Shown here: piece by piece, positions 58,195 to 58,357 of the stretch
Layout of the letters: each line of letters begins with the position of its first letter
Position numbering within the stretch: position 1 is the stretch's first letter
Assembly: GCA_013141375.1 (NCBI GenBank)
Contig: JABFRC010000055.1
Location: 1-58,357 of the forward strand
Length of the DNA: 58,357 bases
Origin: Methylococcaceae bacterium
Lineage (GTDB): Bacteria > Pseudomonadota > Gammaproteobacteria > Methylococcales > Methylomonadaceae
Reading direction: 5' to 3'
Position numbers and translations under genes: made by a program
The notes under the pieces: generated by a model
Seen by the model: the letters and a program-made list of their open reading frames with translations, nothing else
The model's database searches: none
What the model was told of the DNA's origin: nothing

Positions 58195-58357
58195 ATGAGC
58201 AAGCCAATAAAAGCCGTCGCCCTGATTTCCGGTGGACTGGATTCAATGCTGGCAGCGAAAACCGTGATGGAGCAAGGCATCCATGTCGAAGGGATTAATT
58301 TTTTCACTGGTTTTTGTGTTGAAGGCCACACGCATGCCATCAGAGGCAGAGAAAAAG
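58195..58357 (+). CDS. PP-loop (SGGxDS) ATP-pyrophosphatase superfamily protein, 5' fragment running off the window
   Basis: The ATG at 58195 gives 'MSKPIKAVALISGGLDSMLAAKTVMEQGIHVEGINF...', with the PP-loop motif SGGLDS. A possible promoter TTGAGC-18 nt-TATAAT lies at 58138-58167. Only 54 codons are visible, so the subfamily is undetermined. Confidence 0.6.
   Translation, partial: MSKPIKAVALISGGLDSMLAAKTVMEQGIHVEGINFFTGFCVEGHTHAIRGREK

Noticed and set aside
1-58357. I looked by eye for CRISPR arrays, tRNA or rRNA genes, transposases, integrases, phage genes, and classical two-gene toxin-antitoxin or restriction-modification cassettes.
   Set aside because: No regularly spaced direct-repeat array, no cloverleaf-like sequence in any intergenic gap, and no ORF with transposase, integrase or phage hallmarks turned up. 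The only 'toxin' label is the conserved housekeeping ratA.

Overview
This 58.4-kb window is a core chromosomal segment of a Gammaproteobacterium with mid-range GC. The gene order resembles Pseudomonas and Methylococcales-type genomes, but I cannot assign a genus from sequence alone. It is almost entirely housekeeping. From left to right it holds the bamE / rnfH-ratA / smpB locus with an SNF-family transporter inserted, then a six-gene plus-strand cluster (small Cys protein, HopJ-family, FAD oxidoreductase, MnmM/YtqB-like methyltransferase, ELM1-like, GT4). Next come purEK, cmoA, a second methyltransferase, ribA, trmL, a YgjP-like hydrolase, glgP, cstA-ybdD, a DUF411 copper-type protein and hemE. 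The conserved block pilMNOPQ - [extra gene] - aroK - aroB - AAA/SPOR protein follows, then ponA, secA, cspA, a DUF721 gene and lpxC. After that is a complete dcw cluster (mraZ-rsmH-ftsL-ftsI-murE-murF-mraY-murD-ftsW-murG-murC-murB-ddl-ftsQ-ftsA-ftsZ), RNase P RNA (rnpB), pilU, and the 5' end of a PP-loop ATPase gene. I saw no CRISPR array, transposase, integrase, prophage, rRNA or tRNA gene. I found no clear-cut new defence or mobile system, and this looks like an ordinary core region. The points most worth a second look are: (1) a 511-aa secreted multidomain protein between pilQ and aroK, starting 14 nt after the pilQ stop; (2) a long Ser/Gly low-complexity insert inside the PilQ secretin; (3) an overlapping FAD-oxidoreductase + MnmM-like methyltransferase pair that could be a split, non-orthologous MnmC pathway; (4) a consensus-like Pmra promoter followed by five 10-bp-phased GTGGT/TGGGN direct repeats, the predicted MraZ operator; (5) two small structured intergenic repeat elements. 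Several ORF-track entries are artefacts, either 5' over-extensions or ORFs lying on rnpB.
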